This document shows positions 49,637-58,112 of a stretch of DNA of 64,000 bases, in pieces. Below the pieces are notes generated by a model. It saw nothing but the letters and a program-made list of their open reading frames with translations. It ran no database searches and was not told the origin of the DNA. The stretch is from an uncultured Clostridia bacterium. GTDB taxonomy: Bacteria > Bacillota > Clostridia > Oscillospirales > Oscillospiraceae. How positions within the stretch are numbered: position 1 is the first letter of the stretch; each line of letters starts with the position of its first letter. The stretch lies in the NCBI GenBank assembly GCA_945878665.1, contig CAMDUN010000008.1:12-64011 (forward strand), in the 5' to 3' direction. The position numbers and the translations under genes are program-made.

Positions 49637-50554
49637 ATGGCCGGCTATATCCTGCGGGGCGGACAACAGAATATCTCCCTGCCCGCCGAGGCGCTGGACA
49701 AGCTGCTGCAAAGCGGTCAGGGCGACGCGGCGCTGCTGTATCTGGCGCTCCAGCGCTTTGGCCGGGGCGTTACGCCGGAGGAGCTGGAAAAGGCGCTGCC
49801 CATCAGCCGATTGCGTATCGACGCGGCGGAGCAGGTGCTCCAGCAGCTGGGCCTGCTGCCCCGTCCCGCCGCCGCTGCCGTTCCCGCCCCGGCGGAGGAG
49901 CGGCCCGTCTACTCCGCGGACGACATCTCCGCCCTCTTGCAGGACAACGAGGGCTTCCGCCTTCTGCTGCCCCAGGTGGAGCAGCAGCTGGGCAAAAAGC
50001 TCCGCACCGCCGACCTGCAAATCCTGGCCGGGCTGTATGACGACCTGGGCCTGCCCGCCGATGTGGTCTACCTGCTGGTGTGCCACTGTGTGGAGCGGGC
50101 CAAGCGCCGCTGGGGCGAGGGCCGCCGTCCCACCCTGCGGCAGATCGAGAAGGAGGGCTACTACTGGGCGCAGCTGGGGATCTACGACCAGACCACCGCC
50201 GCCGCGTACCTGAAGAAGTGGGCGCAGCGGGAGGAAAAGTCCGCCGCCTATATGCAGGCCCTCCACCTGCCCCAGCGGCAGATGGTGGAGGCGGAGCGCC
50301 GCTACATCGCCGACTGGATGGATCAGGGCTTCCCGCCGGAGACAGTGGCCCTGGCCTATGAGCGGACGGTGTTTTATAAGAAGGATCTGAACTGGCGCTA
50401 TCTCAACGGCATCCTCCGCCGCTGGCACGAAAACGGCTGGCACACGCCCCAGCAGGTGCAGCGGGGCGAGGAGAAGAAACCGCCGTCCCAGCCGCCCAAG
50501 CCCGCCTCCGGCGGGGAGAAGGACGCCTGGATGCGGCGCTATATCAAGAGGTGA
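49637..50554 (+). CDS. DnaD domain replication protein
   Basis: Two DnaD-like repeats, with YLNGILRRW in the second. Confidence 0.82.
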   Translation: MAGYILRGGQQNISLPAEALDKLLQSGQGDAALLYLALQRFGRGVTPEELEKALPISRLRIDAAEQVLQQLGLLPRPAAAAVPAPAEERPVYSADDISALLQDNEGFRLLLPQVEQQLGKKLRTADLQILAGLYDDLGLPADVVYLLVCHCVERAKRRWGEGRRPTLRQIEKEGYYWAQLGIYDQTTAAAYLKKWAQREEKSAAYMQALHLPQRQMVEAERRYIADWMDQGFPPETVALAYERTVFYKKDLNWRYLNGILRRWHENGWHTPQQVQRGEEKKPPSQPPKPASGGEKDAWMRRYIKR

Positions 50555-50560
50555 GACGGT

Positions 50561-51550
50561 ATGGCATACGACGGCAGCATCATGCAGCGGGCGCTGGCCC
50601 GCTATGACCAGGATAAGCAGCGCCGCGCCGATGAGCTGGAGCAGCGGCGGCGCATGGCCTTCACCCGCCAGCCTCGGCTGGCGGAGATCGAACGGGAGCT
50701 GCGGGGGACGATGGGCCGCATCGTCACCTCCGCCCTGCAAAAGGGCACAGACCCGCTGCCCGCCATCCGGGTGCTGCGGGACGAGAATCTGGAGCTGCAA
50801 AGGGAGCGGGCCGAGCTGCTGACGGCCATGGGCGAGCCCATCGACTATCTGGACGACAAGCCCGCCTGCCCGCTGTGCGGCGACACCGGCTACCGCAAGG
50901 GGCAGGTGTGCGACTGCCTGAAAAAGTATTACGCCCGTGAGCAGCTCCATGAGCTGTCCCGTCTGCTGCCCCTGGGTGAGGCGACGTTCGACAGCTTCCG
51001 CTTCGACTATTACGATGACGCGGTGTGGCCGGATTACGGCACGTCCCCCCGCGCCAACATGGAGCGGAACTTCGATGTCTGCCGGGACTACGCCCAGCAG
51101 TTCTCCAAGGGCAGCGGCAATCTGCTGCTGTCCGGCGGCACGGGGCTGGGCAAGACGTTCCTCTCCGCCTGCATCGCCCGGGTGGTCAGCGATGGCGGCT
51201 ATTCCGTGGTGTACGACACGGCGGGCCGCATCTTCTCCCGGTTCGAGGAGGCCAAGTTCCGGGGCGACGCCGAGGGCGACGCCGACGCCAAGCGCTGCCA
51301 GCGCTGCGACCTGCTCATCGTGGACGACCTGGGCACGGAGATGACCACGTCCTTCGTGCAGAGCGCGCTGTACCAGCTGGTGAACGGACGGCTGATGGAG
51401 GGGAAGGCCACCATCATCAGCACCAACCTTGCGCCGGAGGAGCTGGGCACGCGGTACGGCGGGGCGGTGCTGTCCCGGCTGGAGGGCGAGTACGAGATAT
51501 TGCCCTTCTTCGGCGAGGACATCCGACGGCTGAAGCGGCAAATGATGTGA
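50561..51550 (+). CDS. DnaC/DnaI-type AAA+ helicase loader
   Basis: CPLC..GY....CDC zinc motif, GGTGLGKT, VDDLGTE and STNL motifs. Confidence 0.85.
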   Translation: MAYDGSIMQRALARYDQDKQRRADELEQRRRMAFTRQPRLAEIERELRGTMGRIVTSALQKGTDPLPAIRVLRDENLELQRERAELLTAMGEPIDYLDDKPACPLCGDTGYRKGQVCDCLKKYYAREQLHELSRLLPLGEATFDSFRFDYYDDAVWPDYGTSPRANMERNFDVCRDYAQQFSKGSGNLLLSGGTGLGKTFLSACIARVVSDGGYSVVYDTAGRIFSRFEEAKFRGDAEGDADAKRCQRCDLLIVDDLGTEMTTSFVQSALYQLVNGRLMEGKATIISTNLAPEELGTRYGGAVLSRLEGEYEILPFFGEDIRRLKRQMM

Positions 51551-51706
51551 ACAAGAAAGGAAAAGGACGCCTGCGGGCGTCCTTTTTGCGCCGTAAAATA
51601 CGCAAATAAGCATGATTTCCCGACAAATTGCGCGGGCTTTCGCGGCTTCTGTGGTGTAGAATAGCGGAAAACACCGAGCAAAACGTGAAGTGAGGGGGAC
51701 AAAAGC

Positions 51707-52534
51707 GTGAAACGGGAGCAAAAATCGGAATTTCTGTCCAGCCGGGTGCGGTACATACCCATCAACACCATCCGGCCCAACCCGCAGCAGCCCCGCCGCC
51801 GGTTTGACGAGGCGGGATTGCGGGAGCTGGCGGACAGCATCGCCGCCTACGGCATTTTGCAGCCGCTGACGGTGCGGGACAAGGGCGGCGTGTATGAGCT
51901 GGTGGCCGGGGAGCGGCGGCTTCGCGCCGCCCGCATCGCCGGACTGCGGCAGGTGCCCTGCCTGGTGGCCCAGGTGGGGGAGGAGGACGCGGCGCTGCTG
52001 GCGCTGATCGAGAATTTGCAGCGCCGGGATCTGGACTTCATGGAGGAGGCCGCCGCCATCGCGTCGCTGATCCGGCGGTACGACCTGAGCCAGCAGCAGG
52101 CGGCGGAAAAGCTGGGGCGCTCCCAGTCCGCCGTGGCCAACAAGCTGCGGCTTCTGCGGCTGGAGAAGCCGGTGACGGCGGCGCTGCACCGCTACGGCCT
52201 GACGGAGCGCCACGCCCGGGCGCTGCTGCGGCTGAGCGACGGGGAGGAGCGCCTGCGGGCGGCGGAGCACATCGGCAAGCAGGAGCTGAACGTGGCCCAG
52301 GCGGAGGCGTATATCGACCGCCTGGTGGCGGCGAAGCAGGCCCAGCCGCCCCGGCGGCGGCCCACGTACATCATCAAGGATGTGCGGCTGTTCCTCAACA
52401 GCGTAGAGCGCGGCATCCGGCTGATGCGCGGCGCGGGCGTGGGGGCGCAGGTGGCCCGCCAGGACACGGACAGCGAGATCTGCCTGACGGTGCGGATACC
52501 GAAAAAAGCCGGCCAGGGTGCGGCGGGGCGATGA
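51707..52534 (+). CDS. ParB paralogue (Noc-like)
   Basis: NPQQPRR, GERRLRA, ENLQR and SAVANKLRLL motifs. Confidence 0.82.
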   Translation: MKREQKSEFLSSRVRYIPINTIRPNPQQPRRRFDEAGLRELADSIAAYGILQPLTVRDKGGVYELVAGERRLRAARIAGLRQVPCLVAQVGEEDAALLALIENLQRRDLDFMEEAAAIASLIRRYDLSQQQAAEKLGRSQSAVANKLRLLRLEKPVTAALHRYGLTERHARALLRLSDGEERLRAAEHIGKQELNVAQAEAYIDRLVAAKQAQPPRRRPTYIIKDVRLFLNSVERGIRLMRGAGVGAQVARQDTDSEICLTVRIPKKAGQGAAGR

Positions 52535-52724
52535 GGTCATTTAGGTTGTTTGGTACATTTGGCATAACAAAAGCGGTCTGTTTCGCGGAAATGGGCCGTT
52601 TTTTCGTATAAATAGCGCACATTTTTCGCAAGTTGTGGTTGCAATACGGCGGCAAATGTGGTACGGTAATAGCACAAACAAAATACGCCCTCCGGGGGGG
52701 CGCGAAAACACAGGAGGTACGTCC

Positions 52725-53198
52725 ATGAAGTATCCTAAGACCGGCAGCGAAGTCTACGTGAGCCTGAACCTGTCCAACACCATGCTCACCGGCATCGGCA
52801 AGGGCACGATCACCCGCGAGGAGGTCTCCGCCAGCTATCTGAAGCGGCTGTTCGCCGAGCACGGCGTTATCGTCTCCGCCAAGCCGGAGCAGCGCCGCCT
52901 GCTGGAGATCGTCAACGAGCGCTACGACCTGGAGCTGGAGATCCCTGAGACGCTGAAGCTGTTCCAGCTGACGGAGGAGCACCGCCGTCTGGTGGTTATC
53001 AGCGTAACCGGCCTGCGCCGCAAGAACGGTTCGCTGCTGCCGGAGTACACCGAGGAGGAGTTCAGCGAGGCCACGTTCAACTTCGTGAAGTATTATGTGC
53101 AGGGTGTGCACTACGATGCGCTGGTGGAGGAGAACAAGAAGCTGAAGTTCGAGCTGGAGCAGGAGCTGGAGTGGCATCACCGCACCGACAACAACTGA
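52725..53198 (+). CDS. Uncharacterised 157-aa protein, possibly DUF1874-like fold
   Basis: AGGAGG RBS, strong codon bias, C-terminal coiled coil. The fold call is by eye only. Confidence 0.7.
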   Translation: MKYPKTGSEVYVSLNLSNTMLTGIGKGTITREEVSASYLKRLFAEHGVIVSAKPEQRRLLEIVNERYDLELEIPETLKLFQLTEEHRRLVVISVTGLRRKNGSLLPEYTEEEFSEATFNFVKYYVQGVHYDALVEENKKLKFELEQELEWHHRTDNN

Positions 53199-53310
53199 GA
53201 TACTTAAAAAGCAAGCACCCCGAAAAGGGCTGACATCATCAGACAGATAACAGGAACAGCAGCATGGACTGCTGTTCCTGTTCTTGTATCATTTGATTTT
53301 ATTATTTGAA

Positions 53311-53356
53311 GGCCCTCTCCGTCACCTGCGGTGACAGCTCTCCCGGAGGGAGAGCC
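53311..53356. repeat. Palindromic REP-like unit
   Basis: GGCCCTCTCC-GTCACCTGCGGTGAC-AGCTCTCCCGGAGGGAGAGCC nested hairpins. Confidence 0.55.
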
Positions 53357-53452
53357 AAGGCCATAGTATGTTGGCACGAGAAATGGAGCGTATCGGTACA
53401 GATACGCTCCATTAACTGTTTTGCGACCGCCCATCAAACGAGGTGCTTGCTT

Positions 53453-53701
53453 TTATGCGCCCTTGTACTTGCGGCGGGTGGCCAGGCCGCCCCGGATGTG
53501 GCGCTGGGACTTGTTCTCGTCCAGGATGGCCTTTGCCTGCGTGTAAAGCGTGCGGTCGCACAGCGGCAGACGCTCCGACAGGTCCTTGTGTACCGTGGAT
53601 TTGCTCAGGCCGAAGTGCTTGGCGGCGGCGCGAACCGTCGCTTTGTTCTCTATGACGTAAAGAGCCAGGTCTTTGGCCCGGTTTTCCAGATCGTCTTTGA
53701 T
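53453..53701 (-). CDS. spoIIID: Sporulation regulator SpoIIID, apparent ATC start (not in ORF track)
   Basis: KATVRAAAKHFGLSKSTVHKDLSERL and RHIRGGLAT motifs. No in-frame ATG/GTG/TTG before the upstream stop. Confidence 0.9.
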   Translation of the reverse strand: MKDDLENRAKDLALYVIENKATVRAAAKHFGLSKSTVHKDLSERLPLCDRTLYTQAKAILDENKSQRHIRGGLATRRKYKGA

Positions 53702-53731
53702 AACACACCACTCCCATGCTGTTACTGGCCT

Positions 53732-53761
53732 ATTTATATGGCCGGGGCAGGGGAATTATGA
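53732..53761 (-). promoter_or_regulatory. SigE-like promoter of spoIIID
   Basis: ATA-16 bp-CATATAAAT on the minus strand. spoIIID is SigE-dependent in Bacillus subtilis. Confidence 0.5.
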
Positions 53762-53776
53762 CGGGTGTGCGGAGGT

Positions 53777-54673
53777 TCAGAACAGGGTGATGCCGTCCAC
53801 GAGGGTCAGATGCCGGTGCAGGTCGTCCAGCAGCTGATGGGCCGAGGCGGTCAGGCCGCGCCCCTTGGGGGTGATGAGGTAGAAGGTGCGCTCCGCCGGA
53901 GGGTGGGCCAGGCGCAGCACCCGGACGTGGGAAAACAGGCGCAGGTACAGCTCCGCCGCGCCGGCGGGGATGATGCTCCAGCGCCTGCCGCAGGCGGGCA
54001 GCGTCTCCGCCAGCTGGGGCGTGTCGGTGTAGAGCAGGGGGCGGGCGTTGACACCGAACCAGTAGTCGTGCCACTGGGAGATCTCCGGCTGGCCGTAGAT
54101 GAGGATCTCGTCCTCCGGGTGGAGGGCGGTGGCCTCCACCGGCTCGGCGAGGACGATATCCTCCGGCACGACCAGGAAGAAGGCTTCCCGGAACAGGGGC
54201 TGGATCTCGATTTGCAGGTCGTAGTGCAATCCGCCGTCCACAATGGCCATGTCCGCGTCGCCCCGGGCCACGGCGGACACCGCCTCGTAGGTTCGCATGG
54301 ACTCCACCCACAGGGACACCGGCAGCGCACGCTCCAAAAACCGCTGGTACACCGGCGGCAGGATGTACTGGTTGGCGGTGTAGGCGGCGATGACGTGGAG
54401 GAACTCCCGCTTCTCCCCGGCGGCGAAGGCCTGGGTCTCCGAGAGCAGGTTCTGCCACCGGCGGGCCAGGGGCAGAAAGTGCTGGCCCGCGTCGGTGAGG
54501 GTGATGCGGCGCTGGCCCTTGCCCCGGTGGAACAGCGGCGCGCCCACCTCGTTCTCCAGCGCCCGCAGGCGGGCGGACAGGGAGGGCTGGGTGATATACA
54601 GCGCGTCCGCCGCCGCGGTCATCGTGCCGTTGTCCAGTATGGCGAAGAAGGTCTCCATATCCTGATCGGTCAT
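53777..54673 (-). CDS. LysR family regulator
   Basis: TMTAAADALYITQPSLSARL HTH. Confidence 0.92.
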   Translation of the reverse strand: MTDQDMETFFAILDNGTMTAAADALYITQPSLSARLRALENEVGAPLFHRGKGQRRITLTDAGQHFLPLARRWQNLLSETQAFAAGEKREFLHVIAAYTANQYILPPVYQRFLERALPVSLWVESMRTYEAVSAVARGDADMAIVDGGLHYDLQIEIQPLFREAFFLVVPEDIVLAEPVEATALHPEDEILIYGQPEISQWHDYWFGVNARPLLYTDTPQLAETLPACGRRWSIIPAGAAELYLRLFSHVRVLRLAHPPAERTFYLITPKGRGLTASAHQLLDDLHRHLTLVDGITLF

Positions 54674-54688
54674 AGGCTCACCCCAAAT

Positions 54689-54755
54689 TATAGTTTTTGA
54701 CTATATATTAGCATAGTATAATTGATTTTACAAGCACAATCTTTTGTGCTATGAT
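54689..54755 (+). promoter_or_regulatory. LysR box and promoter of small ORF
   Basis: TATAG-N7-CTATA, then TTTACA-17-TATGAT whose spacer holds AGCACAA-N4-TTGTGCT. Confidence 0.65.
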
Positions 54756-54786
54756 GCAGACACAAACAAGAAAGGAGTTGTTCCCT

Positions 54787-54966
54787 ATGACAAACACGAA
54801 GAAGAGTACCGGATACCTGATCGCGGCCCTGGTGATCACGGCGATCATCGCCTATACCATGGTCAGCCTGCTGACGGGGAACATCACCCCGGTGGTGCGC
54901 GTCACGACCATGCTGTGCCCCGTGTGGTTCTTCGCCGATCTGGCGCTGTGGTGCACCATTTTGTAA
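54787..54966 (+). CDS. 59-aa small membrane protein
   Basis: GAAAGGAG RBS, two hydrophobic segments, terminator at 55004-55033. Confidence 0.7.
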   Translation: MTNTKKSTGYLIAALVITAIIAYTMVSLLTGNITPVVRVTTMLCPVWFFADLALWCTIL

Positions 54967-55035
54967 CAAAGATTTCTTTCTCCCTTTTTTCTCCCTTAAC
55001 AACAAAAGCCCCCGCCGTCAGGCGGGGGCTTTTGC

Positions 55036-55397
55036 CAGGCTGTCGAAAAAGCCCGTCATTGCGAGCCAGTCCGCAGACTGGCGTGGCAATCCGTTCTCAA
55101 AACACATGATTTTTGCGCTTTAGCATAGATTTGCAGCTAAAAGATTACGGATTCCCACGGGCGCGCTGCGCCCTCGGAATGACAGAGAAAAAACAGAACG
55201 GACGCTCGGTAGACGGATGTAGGGGCGGACGACTTTGGCCGCCCGGAATATATACGCACGCGCCGCCGGTAATTTCGTAGGGGGCGGATGCCCACGCAGT
55301 GGAGCGAAGCGGAACAAGTACCCTTGGGGTGCATCCTCCCGAGAGGACAATCCCTCCGTCGCCCTGCGGGAGACACCGCCTTTGCACAAGGGAGGCG
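55036..55397. repeat. Nested repeat cluster: MITE end, GTCATT element and GTAG-type REPs
   Basis: CAGGCTGTCGAAAAAG at 55036, GTCATT element at 55054-55184, GTAG units at 55219 and 55277. Confidence 0.75.
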
Positions 55398-55452
55398 TGA
55401 TGCCTTTCTCACAGAGGGAGGCGAGGAGTTTCCGCGGCTCTTACTCTTTGGT

Positions 55453-56823
55453 TCATTCGCGGCCCTCGGGGAGGGGAGCGATGGTGGTTTTATAGACGTG
55501 GCGGAAGAAGCACAGCGTCAGGGTCAGGGAGAACACCTCGGCGATGGGATAGCTCCACCAGACCAGGTCGCTGTTGCCCACGGACGCGCCGTAGCGGGCC
55601 AGGACGTAGGCGATGGGGATGAGGAACACCAGCTGGCGGACGATGGAGGTGATCATGGAGTACACCGACTTGCCCAGGGCCTGGAACGAGCTGCCCAGGG
55701 CGATGCACGCGCCGGCCATGCAGAAGCTGAGGGAGATGATACGCAGGGCGGGGATGCCCACGGAGAGCAGGGTTTCGCTGGCATCGAAGATCTTCAGCAG
55801 CGGGCCGGGGATGACCCAGAACAGCACCGTGCCAAGCACCATGATGCAGGAGGCGTACAGCGCGCCGCGCTTGATGGTCTCCACCATGCGGCGGCGGTTC
55901 TGCGCGCCGTAGTTATAGGCCACGATGGGGACGACGCCGTTGTTCAGGCCGAACACCGGCATGAAGATGAAGGAGTTCAGCTTGAAATACGCGCCGAAGG
56001 CGGTGGCCGCCGTCTCGTGGGCGGTGTGGTAGGTAATGAGGATCTTGTTCATGAGGAACGTCATGACAGAGCCGATGGCCACCATGATGACGCTGGGCAG
56101 GCCGATGGCGTAGATCTCGCCGATGAGGCGGAAATCGGGGCGGAAGCCCTTGACGGACAGGGTGATGTCGGTGTTCTTCTTATGGTTGAACCAAATGGCC
56201 AGGGTGCAGCCGCAGAGCTGGCCGATGACGGTGGCGATGGCCGCGCCGGCCACGCCCATGTTCAGCGCGAAGATGAAGATGGGGTCGAGAATGATATTGA
56301 TGATCGCGCCCAGGCCCTGGGTATACATACTGAGGAGGGAGCGGCCCGTGCCCTGGAGCAATCGCTCGTACATGATCTGGCAGAACAAACCTACCGAGCC
56401 GATGGTGACGATACGCAGGTAGCCGTTGCCCATTCGGATGATGTCCTCGATCTGGGTTTGGGAGCGGAAGAACAGGTCGGAGCAGGTCGCGCCCAGGATG
56501 GCGGAGAGGACGAAGCCCACCAGGGCCAGGAAAACGCCGTTGTTGGCCACCTTGTCGGCGCGCTGGCGGAGGCCCGCGCCCAGGGCGCGGCCCATGAGGG
56601 CGTTGACGCCCACGGCGGTGCCGGTGGCCAGGCCGATCATCAGGTTTTGGGCGGGGAAGGCCAGGGAGACGGCGGTGAGGGCCTGCTCGCTGACGCGGCT
56701 GACGAACACGCTGTCCACGATGTTGTAGAGGGCCTGCACCAGCATGGACGCGATGATGGGCAGGGACATATTCCAGATCAGCTTGGAGATGGGCATGACG
56801 CCCAGCTTGTTTTCGCTTTGCAT
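55453..56823 (-). CDS. MATE family efflux transporter
   Basis: YNIVDSVFV, NIILDPIF and GVAGAAIATV motifs, about 12 TM segments. Confidence 0.93.
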   Translation of the reverse strand: MQSENKLGVMPISKLIWNMSLPIIASMLVQALYNIVDSVFVSRVSEQALTAVSLAFPAQNLMIGLATGTAVGVNALMGRALGAGLRQRADKVANNGVFLALVGFVLSAILGATCSDLFFRSQTQIEDIIRMGNGYLRIVTIGSVGLFCQIMYERLLQGTGRSLLSMYTQGLGAIINIILDPIFIFALNMGVAGAAIATVIGQLCGCTLAIWFNHKKNTDITLSVKGFRPDFRLIGEIYAIGLPSVIMVAIGSVMTFLMNKILITYHTAHETAATAFGAYFKLNSFIFMPVFGLNNGVVPIVAYNYGAQNRRRMVETIKRGALYASCIMVLGTVLFWVIPGPLLKIFDASETLLSVGIPALRIISLSFCMAGACIALGSSFQALGKSVYSMITSIVRQLVFLIPIAYVLARYGASVGNSDLVWWSYPIAEVFSLTLTLCFFRHVYKTTIAPLPEGRE

Positions 56824-56966
56824 ATCGTGTTTCCTTTCGTGGTGACTTCATAACCAATCCAGTATAACACGGCCTGTGGAAAAAGAAAAGCCCCGGAGTG
56901 TGTGTTTTGCACACATTCCGGGGTGAAATTTTGGTAAAAAGGCGCAAAAATGTTTCGTCAGGCTAA

Positions 56967-58112
56967 CTATATCCCGGCGAAGAAGGCGCGGATGGCCTCC
57001 GCTGTGCAGGCGGCGCTGCCCTGGGCGAAGCCGTTTCGTCCGCCGCCCCGGCCCGAAAGCGATTGGTTCATGGCCTTGACCAGCGGGGAGACGTCCTCCG
57101 TGCTGATGAGGGCGTAGCGGTACGCGCCGTCTGTGCCGGAGAACACAGCGCAGCGGCCTCCGGCGCTTTTGGACACCGCGTCGCACAAGCGGCGGGCGCC
57201 GTCGCCCTCCAGCGGATCGGTGATGAGCAGCACGTCCCCTGCGCCAGCGTATTGGGCGGCGATGCGGGCGAAGGACTGCTCCTCCAGCCGGGCGGTTTTC
57301 TCCTTGAGGGCCGTCAGCTCCGACTGGAGGCGATTCACGGCGGGGGCGAGGTCGGTGGGCTTGACGGACAGGGCTTGCCCGGCGAGGCGAGACTGCTCCC
57401 AGCAGCGGGAGAGGTAATCGGACGCACGCTGGCCGCACAGCAGCTCCAGCCGCACGCCGCCGCGGAATTTCTGATAGCCGGTGAGCTTCACCGGCCCCAC
57501 CTGTCCGCTGCTCTGTACGTGTGTGCCGCAGCAGGCGCACAGATCCGCACCGGGGAACTCCGTCAGGCGCACCGAGCCGGTGAGAGCCTTCTTGCTGCGG
57601 TAGGGCAGGGCGGCCAGCTCCTCCGGGTCGGGATACCAGATATGTACCGGGTGATCCTCCCAAATATAGGCATTGGCCCGGCGCTCCACCTCCAGCGCCT
57701 GCTCCCAGGTGAAGTCGGCGTTGTAGTCGATGGTGACAACGTCCGCGCCCATGTGGAAGCCCACGTTGTCGCAGCGGAACGTGCTGCACAGCAGGCCGGA
57801 GAGGATATGCTCCCCGGAGTGCTGCTGCATGAAGTCGAAGCGCCGCGCCCAGTCGATATGGCCGCTGACCTCCGCGCCCACGGGCAGCTCGCGGTCGCAC
57901 AGGTGGGTGATGACGCCGTCATGCTCCTGCACGTCCAGCACGCGGGCCTCGCCCAGCGTGCCGTGGTCGGCGGGCTGGCCGCCGCCCTCGGGGTAGAAGG
58001 CGGTGCGGTCCAGGACGACGGCGAAGCCGTCTTTTACAGCCCCGCAGGACTCCACCGCGGCGGTGAAGTCCTGCATAAAGGCGTTTTCGTAATAGAGCTT
58101 GGTGGTGGCCAT
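56967..58112 (-). CDS. AlaX-type alanyl-tRNA editing protein with DHHA1 domain
   Basis: FYPEGGGQP, QHSGEH, CCGTH and GRGGG motifs. Confidence 0.88.
   Translation of the reverse strand: MATTKLYYENAFMQDFTAAVESCGAVKDGFAVVLDRTAFYPEGGGQPADHGTLGEARVLDVQEHDGVITHLCDRELPVGAEVSGHIDWARRFDFMQQHSGEHILSGLLCSTFRCDNVGFHMGADVVTIDYNADFTWEQALEVERRANAYIWEDHPVHIWYPDPEELAALPYRSKKALTGSVRLTEFPGADLCACCGTHVQSSGQVGPVKLTGYQKFRGGVRLELLCGQRASDYLSRCWEQSRLAGQALSVKPTDLAPAVNRLQSELTALKEKTARLEEQSFARIAAQYAGAGDVLLITDPLEGDGARRLCDAVSKSAGGRCAVFSGTDGAYRYALISTEDVSPLVKAMNQSLSGRGGGRNGFAQGSAACTAEAIRAFFAGI

Noticed and set aside
49637-51550. Prophage replication module
   Set aside because: No integrase, structural or lysis genes, host-like codon usage and housekeeping neighbours.
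49580-52540. 986-aa minus-strand ORF and similar long shadows (3451-5403, 8940-11099, 21529-23874, 36057-38381, 58148-59911)
   Set aside because: Each lies fully antisense to confidently identified genes and has the typical shadow composition.
53412-53717. 101-aa minus-strand ORF from the ORF track
   Set aside because: Wrong frame. The SpoIIID-coding frame is offset and ends at 53453.
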